From Bacillota bacterium (GTDB taxonomy: Bacteria > Bacillota_I > Bacilli_A > RF39 > UBA660), in assembly GCA_015059335.1 (NCBI GenBank), contig SVAP01000007.1, positions 1,752-65,751 of the forward strand: 64,000 bases of DNA. The letters run 5' to 3'. Every line of letters begins with the position of its first letter. The stretch's first letter is position 1. The translations under genes were made by a program, and so were the position numbers. The notes under the pieces are model-generated. The model saw only the letters and a list, made by a program, of their open reading frames with translations, did not search any database and was not told where the DNA came from. Below, one piece after another: positions 1 through 9,114 of the stretch.

Positions 1-233
1 AAGATTTAGGATTAGAAACACCAAGTTTTCCTTTATCTAATGCATTAACTCCAATAATATTTCCAAATGATAATGCAAAAGAAGTATTTGAATATTTAAA
101 AAATAAATATGAAATATATGTTAATCCAACTGGTGGAGAAATGGGTAATAAGTCGCTAAGAGTTGCGCATATTGGTAATTTAAAAAAAGAAGATTATGAT
201 ATATTAATCGAAAAAATGAAGGAAGTGTTATAA
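1..233 (+). CDS. 3' fragment of a class-V aminotransferase (AGXT/PhnW-like); 5' end lies outside the window
   Basis: Frame is open from the window edge to TAA 231-233, with a TAATG overlap onto the next gene. The tail ...GGEMGNKSLRVAHIGNLKKEDYDILIEKMKEVL resembles C-termini of serine-pyruvate / 2-aminoethylphosphonate-pyruvate aminotransferases. Confidence 0.5.
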   Translation, partial: DLGLETPSFPLSNALTPIIFPNDNAKEVFEYLKNKYEIYVNPTGGEMGNKSLRVAHIGNLKKEDYDILIEKMKEVL

Positions 234-940
234 TGAAAGCTATATTAATGGCTGCAGGTTATGGTGGAAGAATTAGTCAATTTACTAATGAGCCTAAAAG
301 TTTACTAAAAATAAATAATAAATCAATAATTAGACATACAGTTGAGATGTTACTAAAAAATAATATTTCTGTAACAATAATTGTTGGATTTAAACATGAG
401 TTAATTATAAATGAATTAAAAGATTTAAACGTTAAATTCTATTATAATCCATTCTTTAGAGTTACGAATAGTATTGGATCATTGTGGCTTGCAAAAGATG
501 AATTAAATACAGATGAAGATATCATTTTAGGAAATGCTGATGTATATTGGGATCAAGATATACTTGACTCACTACTTTCAGATAAACGTGAAGTTGTAAT
601 GTTAGGTGATAAAACAAGAGCGCTTACTGGTGATTATTTCTTTGGATGTAAAAATGATGTGATTGAAAAATATGGAAAAGAATTAGTACCAGAAGAAAGA
701 ACATGTGAATATGTTGGTCTTGCAAAATTAGAAAATAGCTTTGTTAAACCGTTTAAAAATCAAATGGAACATTTAGTAGAAAATGGTGAATATAATCTTT
801 GGTGGGAAAATACTTTATATACTATTGCCGATAAGTATCCGATTTATGTTCAAGATGTAGACGGAAAATTTTGGGCAGAAGTAGATTATATTGAAGATTA
901 TGAAAGAATAAAAAAACAAATTGAAGAAACTACTTTATAA
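233..940 (+). CDS. LicC-family nucleotidyl (cytidylyl) transferase
   Basis: N-terminal MKAILMAAGYGGRI NTP-transferase loop. LicC-like blocks NLWWENTL and FWAEVDYIEDY near the C-terminus. ATG overlaps the upstream stop. Confidence 0.75.
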   Translation: MKAILMAAGYGGRISQFTNEPKSLLKINNKSIIRHTVEMLLKNNISVTIIVGFKHELIINELKDLNVKFYYNPFFRVTNSIGSLWLAKDELNTDEDIILGNADVYWDQDILDSLLSDKREVVMLGDKTRALTGDYFFGCKNDVIEKYGKELVPEERTCEYVGLAKLENSFVKPFKNQMEHLVENGEYNLWWENTLYTIADKYPIYVQDVDGKFWAEVDYIEDYERIKKQIEETTL

Positions 941-957
941 TTAAAGTAGTTTTATTT
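927..957 (+). terminator. Hairpin, 11-bp perfect stem AAACTACTTTA/TAAAGTAGTTT, stop codon in the loop
   Basis: Inverted repeat 927-937 / 942-952 followed by a T-rich tract. AT-only stem, so it is weak. Confidence 0.45.
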
Positions 958-1042
958 ATAAAAAAATTAATATTTTTAATGTTTTATATGCTAATAAGTT
1001 TATATTTTATTTTTATTATGATACAATTAATATGGTGATGTT

Positions 1043-2026
1043 ATGACATTAAAAAGAGACTATTTAATAGATAACATTAAGGGAATTATGATATTTTTAG
1101 TTGTATTAGCACATTTATTTGAGTTTAATATTACACCTAAAATTTCTTTTTTGCTGATTATTATTTATAGTTTTCATATGCCTGTTTTTGTTTATTATTC
1201 TGGATATCTTGCTAGATATAACGCATCTAAAATAATAAAAGGAATATTGTTTCCATATTTGGGTATTCAAATATTCAGTTGGCTTGTTTATAATTCTTTT
1301 GGCTTTTTTACTGATTTTCGTTTGATAACTGCATATACATCTTTATGGTATATGATTTCGCTATTTTTTTGGTATATTTCTATTCCGTTTGTAGAAAATG
1401 TAAAACATCCTAAAATACTAATACTATTATTATTTTTATTTGGATTAATTATAGGATATGATGCAACAGCTGGTACAATATTAAGTGCGTCTCGTACTAT
1501 TGTATTTGTTCCAATTTTTTATTTAGGATATTTTTCTAGAAAGTATAATTGGTTTAATTTCAAAAAAAATAGTAGACTCTTTAAATTAATTTTACCAATT
1601 TTAATTTGTGCCATAATTATAATGTTTTATTGCTTGAGAAATGCTATAAATGTCGAATGGTTCTATGGATATGCTAATTATTCGTTATTAGAATATAATC
1701 CATTAATAAGGTTTTTGATATATTTGATATCAGTTATTTGGATATTATTCTTTAAATTGTTTGTGCCTAATAAAAAAACATTTATTTCAAAGGTTGGTAA
1801 AAACTCATTATCTGTATATTTATTACATTACATTACGATATTTTTAATAGTTAATAATACTAATTTGTTGAAAATTGGGAGTTATCCTATTTTAAATTGT
1901 TTGATTCTTGCCATTTTAATTACATGTTTTCTATCACAAAATTGGTTGAATGATATTATGAGGGGTAATTTTAACAAAAATAGTTTTTCAATAAAAACTT
2001 TTAGAAGTAATAGAGGTGAAAAATGA
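1043..2026 (+). CDS. Acyltransferase-3 family membrane O-acyltransferase
   Basis: N-terminus RDYLIDNIKGIMIFLVVLAHL is typical of the family. Polytopic hydrophobic protein. Confidence 0.8.
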   Translation: MTLKRDYLIDNIKGIMIFLVVLAHLFEFNITPKISFLLIIIYSFHMPVFVYYSGYLARYNASKIIKGILFPYLGIQIFSWLVYNSFGFFTDFRLITAYTSLWYMISLFFWYISIPFVENVKHPKILILLLFLFGLIIGYDATAGTILSASRTIVFVPIFYLGYFSRKYNWFNFKKNSRLFKLILPILICAIIIMFYCLRNAINVEWFYGYANYSLLEYNPLIRFLIYLISVIWILFFKLFVPNKKTFISKVGKNSLSVYLLHYITIFLIVNNTNLLKIGSYPILNCLILAILITCFLSQNWLNDIMRGNFNKNSFSIKTFRSNRGEK

Positions 2027-3477
2027 AAAAATCAATTTTTAAAAATACTATTTATAAATCAATTTTAAGTTTTGTTAATATTGTTATACCATTATTAGTT
2101 GGTCCATATATTGTAAGGTTATTAGACGTAGAATTATATGGGATATACAATAAAACATTCGCAAATTTCCAATTATTTCTAACTTTTGCATCATTTGGAA
2201 TATATGTTTTTGGTGTAAGGGAAATAAGCAAAATTAGAAATGATAAAGAAAAAGTATCGATATTATTAACTAATTTGTTTTTAATATCAATTATTACTAA
2301 CCTTATAATAACAGCAATATATATTATATTTGCGCTAGTAACATCTAGTGGTATTACTACAACAATATATTTGCTAATGATTATTCAAATTGTTGGTAAT
2401 ATATTTTATATCGAATTTGTAAATGAAGCGTTAGAAAATTATAAATTTATAACAATTAAAACATTAGTAGTAAAAATAATATATATCCTTTCATTGTTTT
2501 TGTTGGTTAGAAAACCTGACGATATTATTATATATACTATAATTATAAATGGAACTGTGTTACTAAATAATATAATAAGTTTTATATATGCAAAAAAGAA
2601 AATTAATTTTAATTTTAAAAATGTACAAATTAAAAAATACATTCCTTCATTAGTTATGATTTTAATTATTACAAATGTTGATTTGTTATATAGTCAATTA
2701 GATAGAGTAATGTTAGGAAATTTTGTTAGTAATGTTTCGGTTACAATATATTATATTCCTTATTATATTGTTTCTACGTTGGCTTCTATTCCATATTCAA
2801 TTATTAACGTATCAATACCTAGATTATCATATTTAATTGAGAATGAAGGAAAAGAATCCTATGAAAATATGTTGAATAAATCAGTATCTTCATTGTTATT
2901 TATAATAATTCCTATTTGTTTTGGTGTGTTTGTATTAGCACGTGAAGTAGTTATTTTATATGCCGGTGAAAAGTATTTATCAATTATACCGGTTTTGATG
3001 TTGGCGTGTATAATACGAATTATAATTAGTGTAGAATCGACAATGACTAATTTGGTAATGTATCCGAATAACAAAGAAAAGAAAATAATGCAATACACAC
3101 TGTTTTGTGGAATATTAAATTTGTTGTTAAACAGTATATTAGTTATGTTAAATATCTTAACACCTTTTTCTGCAATGTTTACTACTGGTATTTCAGAAAT
3201 TGCTTTATCCACTTGTTTATATTTATATATAAAGAAAAATTTAAAGATAAAATATACTGTATTTTCAAAACAAAATCTATTTTATTTATTGTTAGGAGTG
3301 TTATTTATCCCAGTATCATTAACAATAAGAATGTTTAATTTAGGGTTTATAATGAATATAATTCTTATTATAATATCATGTATTATACTTTATGTTGGTA
3401 TATTATATATAAAAAAAGATGAAAATATAATTCTGATTTTAAAAAAAGTATTTAGTAAGGTGGTTAATATAAGATGA
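2023..3477 (+). CDS. wzx: Wzx-type (MOP superfamily) polysaccharide/teichoic-acid repeat-unit flippase
   Basis: 484 aa, about 12-14 hydrophobic helices. ATGA overlap with the upstream gene. Lies within a glycan locus. Confidence 0.8.
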   Translation: MKKSIFKNTIYKSILSFVNIVIPLLVGPYIVRLLDVELYGIYNKTFANFQLFLTFASFGIYVFGVREISKIRNDKEKVSILLTNLFLISIITNLIITAIYIIFALVTSSGITTTIYLLMIIQIVGNIFYIEFVNEALENYKFITIKTLVVKIIYILSLFLLVRKPDDIIIYTIIINGTVLLNNIISFIYAKKKINFNFKNVQIKKYIPSLVMILIITNVDLLYSQLDRVMLGNFVSNVSVTIYYIPYYIVSTLASIPYSIINVSIPRLSYLIENEGKESYENMLNKSVSSLLFIIIPICFGVFVLAREVVILYAGEKYLSIIPVLMLACIIRIIISVESTMTNLVMYPNNKEKKIMQYTLFCGILNLLLNSILVMLNILTPFSAMFTTGISEIALSTCLYLYIKKNLKIKYTVFSKQNLFYLLLGVLFIPVSLTIRMFNLGFIMNIILIIISCIILYVGILYIKKDENIILILKKVFSKVVNIR

Positions 3478-4532
3478 AAAAGTTAATTGTTCCAATGGGT
3501 TATATGGGTTCTGGTTCATCTGCAATAACAGATTTATTATCTGAATTTGAGGATTGTTCAAATGAATTTAAATCTTATGAGTATGTGTTTTTGCATTGCC
3601 CAAATGGATTATTTGATTTGGAAGATAAATTATTAATAGGAAATAACGCAATAAAAAGTGATGAGTCAATTAGAAGTTTTAAAACACAAATGGATAAGTT
3701 ATATGATAAAAAATTTTGGTGGATTGGAAATTATAAAAAAATCGTTGGTCCGGAATTCCAAACGCTAACTAATAATTTTGTGGAAGAAATAACGCAATTT
3801 AAATTTAAAGGATATTGGTATACTCATGAAGAAGTAAACACTAAAATGTTTTTAAAACTTTTAATACGTAAACCAATTAAGATGATATCTAGAAACAAAA
3901 TATGTAATAAAAAAATATTAAAATATAAAGATGGAATGATGTTATCTTATATAAAACCTGATGAATTTTATAAATTTGCAAAAAAATATATAAATGATGT
4001 GTTAAATGTGATTTCCAGAGGTCATGAGAATGTTATAATGGACCAATTATTATTACCATTTAATTTATTTAGAGTTGATAACTATTTTGGAGAAGAACTT
4101 AAAGCTATAGTTGTTGAAAGGGATCCTAGAGATGTATTTATATTAAATAAATATATATGGGATTCAAAGCAAATTGGTGTTCCATTTCCGAAAGATGTTC
4201 GCGAATTTTGTAGGTTTTATAAAAGTATGCGTGAAAGTGAACATATTGCAGAGTCTAAAAAAATTTTGAGAATTAAATTTGAAGATTTAGTTTATAATTA
4301 TGATAAAACAGTATCAATTATTAGTGAATTTATTGGTTTTGATAGTACTCAACATATTGCACCAAAAACTCGTTTTATCCCTGAACTTTCTATTAAAAAC
4401 ACACAAGTGTTCAATGGAAAAGAAGAATATAAAAAAGAAGTGAAAGTAATTGAAAAAGAATTAAAGGAGTATTTATATAATTTTCCATATTTGTTAGAAA
4501 ATAAGGTAGAGGATACAGTAGAATTTGATTAG
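3474..4532 (+). CDS. Sulfotransferase-like protein (tentative)
   Basis: Soluble 352-aa protein. N-terminal PMGYMGSGSSAITDLL loop sits where the PAPS 5'-phosphosulfate loop would be. VVERDPRDVFIL matches the R(D/N)PxD block, and KFEDLV lies near the C-terminus. Confidence 0.4.
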   Translation: MKKLIVPMGYMGSGSSAITDLLSEFEDCSNEFKSYEYVFLHCPNGLFDLEDKLLIGNNAIKSDESIRSFKTQMDKLYDKKFWWIGNYKKIVGPEFQTLTNNFVEEITQFKFKGYWYTHEEVNTKMFLKLLIRKPIKMISRNKICNKKILKYKDGMMLSYIKPDEFYKFAKKYINDVLNVISRGHENVIMDQLLLPFNLFRVDNYFGEELKAIVVERDPRDVFILNKYIWDSKQIGVPFPKDVREFCRFYKSMRESEHIAESKKILRIKFEDLVYNYDKTVSIISEFIGFDSTQHIAPKTRFIPELSIKNTQVFNGKEEYKKEVKVIEKELKEYLYNFPYLLENKVEDTVEFD

Positions 4533-4544
4533 TAGGAGATTGTT

Positions 4545-5369
4545 ATGAAAAAAGAGTACAAAAGAGATTTACAATTAAAAATGTTAGAGATGATAAAAGA
4601 TTTAGATGATATATGCAAAAAACATAATATTAAATATTATTTGGCATATGGTTCTTGTTTAGGCGCGGTAAGACATAAAGGATTCATTCCTTGGGATGAT
4701 GATTTAGATATTATTATAAAATATGATGATTATTTAAAATTCCTTGAGGTTTGTCAAAAAGAGTTGGATAATGATACATATTTTGTTCAAACTCTTGATA
4801 CTGATCCTAACTATTATCTATCTTTTGCAAAGATTAGAAACATTAAAACCACTTTAATTGAGGAAAACAATAAAGATGAAAAAATGGTTAATGGTGTATA
4901 TATTGATGTATTCCCACTAGTAGGCTATCCAGATAATAAAATCAAACAATTAATATTAAAAATAAATAGAGCTTTTGTATTATCTGCTAATAGAAATATT
5001 ATTAATAATAAATTGTTATATAATATTTTTAAAGTTATTTTAAAAATTGTTGGTAAAAAAAGAATTATTAAATATTGTACACAACAATGTGTTAAATATA
5101 AATGTAATGATTATAAACAAGTAATTAGTATTTTTGATGGTGATGGAGTACAAATTGGATTAACAACTAATAGTATTTTAGGTGATCCAAAAAGAGTGAA
5201 ATTTGAAGATATAAAATTGCCAATACCAGAAAATTATGATGCATATTTAAAAAATTTATTTGGTGACTATATGAAAATTCCTTCAAAAGAACAAATCCAA
5301 TTTAAAACACATACACCATATTTTTTAGATTTAAATAAACATTATGAAATAGATGAAGTAGGTGATTAA
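4545..5369 (+). CDS. licD: LicD-family phosphotransferase (phosphocholine/phospho-alcohol transferase)
   Basis: YYLAYGSCLGAVRHKGFIPWDDDLDI is the LicD signature. Confidence 0.85.
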   Translation: MKKEYKRDLQLKMLEMIKDLDDICKKHNIKYYLAYGSCLGAVRHKGFIPWDDDLDIIIKYDDYLKFLEVCQKELDNDTYFVQTLDTDPNYYLSFAKIRNIKTTLIEENNKDEKMVNGVYIDVFPLVGYPDNKIKQLILKINRAFVLSANRNIINNKLLYNIFKVILKIVGKKRIIKYCTQQCVKYKCNDYKQVISIFDGDGVQIGLTTNSILGDPKRVKFEDIKLPIPENYDAYLKNLFGDYMKIPSKEQIQFKTHTPYFLDLNKHYEIDEVGD

Positions 5370-8133
5370 ATTGAATGAAAAAAAAATTAATTTATTATTA
5401 TACATATATATAATTGCTTTACCAATATTAGATATTATGAAATTTTTATTTGGAAATGGGTTTCAAGTGTTTGGTATTTCAATCGTTGAAATACTAAATA
5501 TATTATTTTGTTTTACATTTGTTGTTTTAGCAATTATATATAAATTTAAAAACAAGAAAAATATTTCCTATTGGTCCATCATTTTTTTACTTTTGTTTTT
5601 TATATATATGATTTTTCATGTTTTTAATACATTACAATTCAATGTAGATATTGTTGGTAAAATAAGTAATCCCTTTGTGGAAGTATATTATATTTTTAGA
5701 TCATATTTTCTTCCGTTTTGTTTATTATATTCTTTTATGAATCTGAAAATGGATAAGAATAATGTAATTAAAAATTTATCATTATTATCATTTATAATTA
5801 GTTTTATAATAGTAATATCTAATTTACTAGAAATTGGGTATGTTTCATATGATTCTTATTTAGATGGTAAAACCGTAATATCTGGAAGCATTTTCGATTG
5901 GATTTCAAAAGTTGCTACTAACAATTGTGATTTATTTACATCAAAAGGATTTTTTTATTCAACAAATCAAATATCACTAGTTTTAATTGCACTATTAGTA
6001 ATTTCTTCACTATATTTACAAGAAAATAAAAAATGGTATATGTATATATCTTTTATAATAAAGATATTAGCAATGATTATGATTTCAACTAAAACATGTT
6101 TTTTAGGTATATTGATTACAATAGTATTTAATATATTTATCAATATATTATTTTTGATATTAAAAAAAGAAAAGTTTGATTTGAAATTCAATGTTTTTTT
6201 ACTTTTATGTTTTATAGGAAGTATCTCTTTATTTTATATTTCACCAATTTCATATAAGTTAGGTTATAATGAGAGATATATTGATAATAATTTAATACAT
6301 GAAATATTACCGGAAAAATTGCCGGTTATTGATGGTGATTACCATTCAAGTAACATACAAAATTATATTTATAATATGAATGTTTTAGAATCTAAAGAAT
6401 ATCGCAACTTATACGCTAATTTAGATGAATATGAAATTTTCGAAATAATAAAGAAAAAAAGTCTATCAACTGATGAAAAAGAAATTATGATTTCTGTTTT
6501 AGATAAGTGTAATTCATTTTTTGGAATTCATGGTTCTTATAAAATTCTTTTTCCAATAGAGGATAATTTTGAATTTTGGTTCAATTCTGTTAAACTTGGA
6601 CATAGTGTAGTAAATGACTTTAGAGGATTCAAATTTAGAATATTTGATCATGTTATTTCTTTAAATAATAATATAACTGGCGACAAATTATTTGGGATTG
6701 GTTATACTTCTAATTTCCCGTATACTGAAACAGATATTATTGGACAATATACATGGTTTGGAATTTTTGGCGTTATATTATTTGTTTTGCCGTTTTATGT
6801 GTTATTTTTATACAATTTGATTTTGTTTTTAATTAATATAAAAAACAATTTTAATAAACTAAATATATATTTATTATTTTCTGAATTACTAATATTACTA
6901 GTATGTCTAGTTACGGGACACTGTTTTGGTAATATTTTTCCGATGTCGATATTGATAATTCTTTCGTGTTTAAATAATCAAATATTGAAAGAACAAAAGA
7001 TTAATGTTACTAGTAATAATAAGAAAAAAATATTATTTATAATTTGGTCTTTTACATATGGTGGCGGTGCTGAAAAAATATTGGCCAATCTCGTTAATAA
7101 TATGGATCTAGAAAAATATGAAATAGATATAATTGAATATTGGCATTCGGATAAAAAGATTAATAATATTAATGAATCTATTACATTATTAAAACCAATT
7201 GTTGATTCTACAAAAGCGTCAAAAATAGAAAAGTTAATTAAGAAAATTTTAGTATACAATTTTCCATCTATTCTTAGAAAATTTTACATAAAAAAGAAAT
7301 ATGATTATGAAATTTCTTTTAACTATATGATACCTACATTTTTATTAGATAAAAATGCTAAATCATTTGCATGGTTGCATGGAGATATATATGAACTTCA
7401 AGATAACAAATATGAATATCGAATTCAAAAGAAAAGTTTAAATTATGTTGATAGAATTATTACAATATCACAAAACACTTACAATTCTGTTATTGACTTA
7501 TATCCAGAATATAAAGATAAAACAAGAATTATATATAATTCATATGAATTTGAACAAATTGAACATATGTCTAATAGTATTAAATTATCTACTAATAAAT
7601 ATCCAACTTTATTATTTCTTGGACGATTAGATGATAACAAGAATCCTATGTATATGTTGGAAGTTGCTAAAGTATTAAAAGAAAAGAAATATAAATTTAT
7701 TCTAAATATTATTGGTCATGGGAGTTTATTTGATTTGTTGACAGAAAAAATAAAAGAATATAAGTTAGAAAACTATGTGAAACTTTTAGGATTTAAAGAG
7801 AATCCATATCCATATATAAAAAATTGCGATATATTATGTTTAACATCACATAGTGAAGGATTTCCAACAGTTTTAATAGAATCATTAATTTTAAAGAAGA
7901 CTTTTGTTTCTACTAATGTAGGAGGAGCATTAGAAATTTCTAATAATAATAAATGTGGTTTTGTAGTTGATAGCCAAGAACAATTTATTGAAAAACTTGA
8001 AGTATTAATTAAAAATAAAAAAATATATGATGATATGTGTATGAATAGTGATACATTTGTAAAGAAATTTTCTTCTGATACGCAAATCGCATCATTAGAA
8101 AAAGAATTTATGGAGGTGGAAAATGAGGATTAG
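5362..8133 (+). CDS. Fusion protein: N-terminal polytopic Wzy/O-antigen-ligase-like domain plus C-terminal GT4 glycosyltransferase
   Basis: About 540 aa of multi-TM sequence with a large loop, then KKILFIIWSFTYGGGAEKI ... SHSEGFPTVLIESL (the GT4 'EGFP..LEA' block). One uninterrupted frame. Confidence 0.7.
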   Translation: MIKLNEKKINLLLYIYIIALPILDIMKFLFGNGFQVFGISIVEILNILFCFTFVVLAIIYKFKNKKNISYWSIIFLLLFFIYMIFHVFNTLQFNVDIVGKISNPFVEVYYIFRSYFLPFCLLYSFMNLKMDKNNVIKNLSLLSFIISFIIVISNLLEIGYVSYDSYLDGKTVISGSIFDWISKVATNNCDLFTSKGFFYSTNQISLVLIALLVISSLYLQENKKWYMYISFIIKILAMIMISTKTCFLGILITIVFNIFINILFLILKKEKFDLKFNVFLLLCFIGSISLFYISPISYKLGYNERYIDNNLIHEILPEKLPVIDGDYHSSNIQNYIYNMNVLESKEYRNLYANLDEYEIFEIIKKKSLSTDEKEIMISVLDKCNSFFGIHGSYKILFPIEDNFEFWFNSVKLGHSVVNDFRGFKFRIFDHVISLNNNITGDKLFGIGYTSNFPYTETDIIGQYTWFGIFGVILFVLPFYVLFLYNLILFLINIKNNFNKLNIYLLFSELLILLVCLVTGHCFGNIFPMSILIILSCLNNQILKEQKINVTSNNKKKILFIIWSFTYGGGAEKILANLVNNMDLEKYEIDIIEYWHSDKKINNINESITLLKPIVDSTKASKIEKLIKKILVYNFPSILRKFYIKKKYDYEISFNYMIPTFLLDKNAKSFAWLHGDIYELQDNKYEYRIQKKSLNYVDRIITISQNTYNSVIDLYPEYKDKTRIIYNSYEFEQIEHMSNSIKLSTNKYPTLLFLGRLDDNKNPMYMLEVAKVLKEKKYKFILNIIGHGSLFDLLTEKIKEYKLENYVKLLGFKENPYPYIKNCDILCLTSHSEGFPTVLIESLILKKTFVSTNVGGALEISNNNKCGFVVDSQEQFIEKLEVLIKNKKIYDDMCMNSDTFVKKFSSDTQIASLEKEFMEVENED

Positions 8134-9109
8134 TGTAATTGTTCCTGTATATAATGTTGAAAAATATCTATCAAGATGTCTAGATTCATTGGTAAACCAA
8201 ACATTTAAAGATTATGAAATAATTGTTGTTAATGATGGTTCACCAGATAACAGCAAAAAAATTATAAATGAATATTTGAAGAAATTTCCTGAATTGATTA
8301 AATCATATACTAAAAAAAATGGAGGATTAGGTTCAGCAAGGAATTATGGACTAAAAAAATCAATCGGTGAATATATTATGTTTGTTGATAGTGATGATTT
8401 TGTTGAAACTAATATGTTAGAAAAAATGTATAGTGTTGCAAGGAAAAAAAATAGTGACATGGTTATTTGTAACATTAATGATTATTATGAAAAAAGTTCC
8501 ATTAACAAATTAAATTACAATATATATACAGGAAATAATGTGTTTAAAAACCCTGAAATAATATTAAATCGTCCTGCAGCATGGAATAAACTTTATAAAA
8601 GAGAATTATTTAATAATTCTGATATGAAGTTTGTTGATAATAAATGGTATGAAGACTTAAGGTTGACTACAAAATTGTATTTGGAATGTAATAAAATTTC
8701 TTTTATCAAAGATCATTTATATAATTATGTGATTAGAGAAAATTCTATTATGAATAATAAAAACATAAGTAGAAATTATGAAATAATAGAAGCATTTGAA
8801 GATGTAATTTCTTATTACCGTGAAAAAAATCTTATTGATAAATTCAATGACGAAATTGAATTTCTTGCTATTAATCACTTGTTCATTGCAGCAAGTGTTA
8901 GAATAATTATAAATAGTAGAAATAAAGATATTAGAAAAAATTTGACACCTATATTAGAATATTTTAAAACTAATTTTAATATCAATAATAAAAATAAGTA
9001 TTTAAAGGATTTGTCATTCAATCAACACCTTATCTATACTTTAATGAAATCTGAATGCTATGTTTTAATTAAATTTATTTTCAAAATAAAAGAGTTTATA
9101 TCAGCATAA
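8123..9109 (+). CDS. GT2 family glycosyltransferase
   Basis: MRISVIVPVYNVEKYLSRCLDSLVNQTFKDYEIIVVNDGSPD and the DSDD motif. Confidence 0.9.
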   Translation: MRISVIVPVYNVEKYLSRCLDSLVNQTFKDYEIIVVNDGSPDNSKKIINEYLKKFPELIKSYTKKNGGLGSARNYGLKKSIGEYIMFVDSDDFVETNMLEKMYSVARKKNSDMVICNINDYYEKSSINKLNYNIYTGNNVFKNPEIILNRPAAWNKLYKRELFNNSDMKFVDNKWYEDLRLTTKLYLECNKISFIKDHLYNYVIRENSIMNNKNISRNYEIIEAFEDVISYYREKNLIDKFNDEIEFLAINHLFIAASVRIIINSRNKDIRKNLTPILEYFKTNFNINNKNKYLKDLSFNQHLIYTLMKSECYVLIKFIFKIKEFISA

Positions 9110-9114
9110 TCGAT

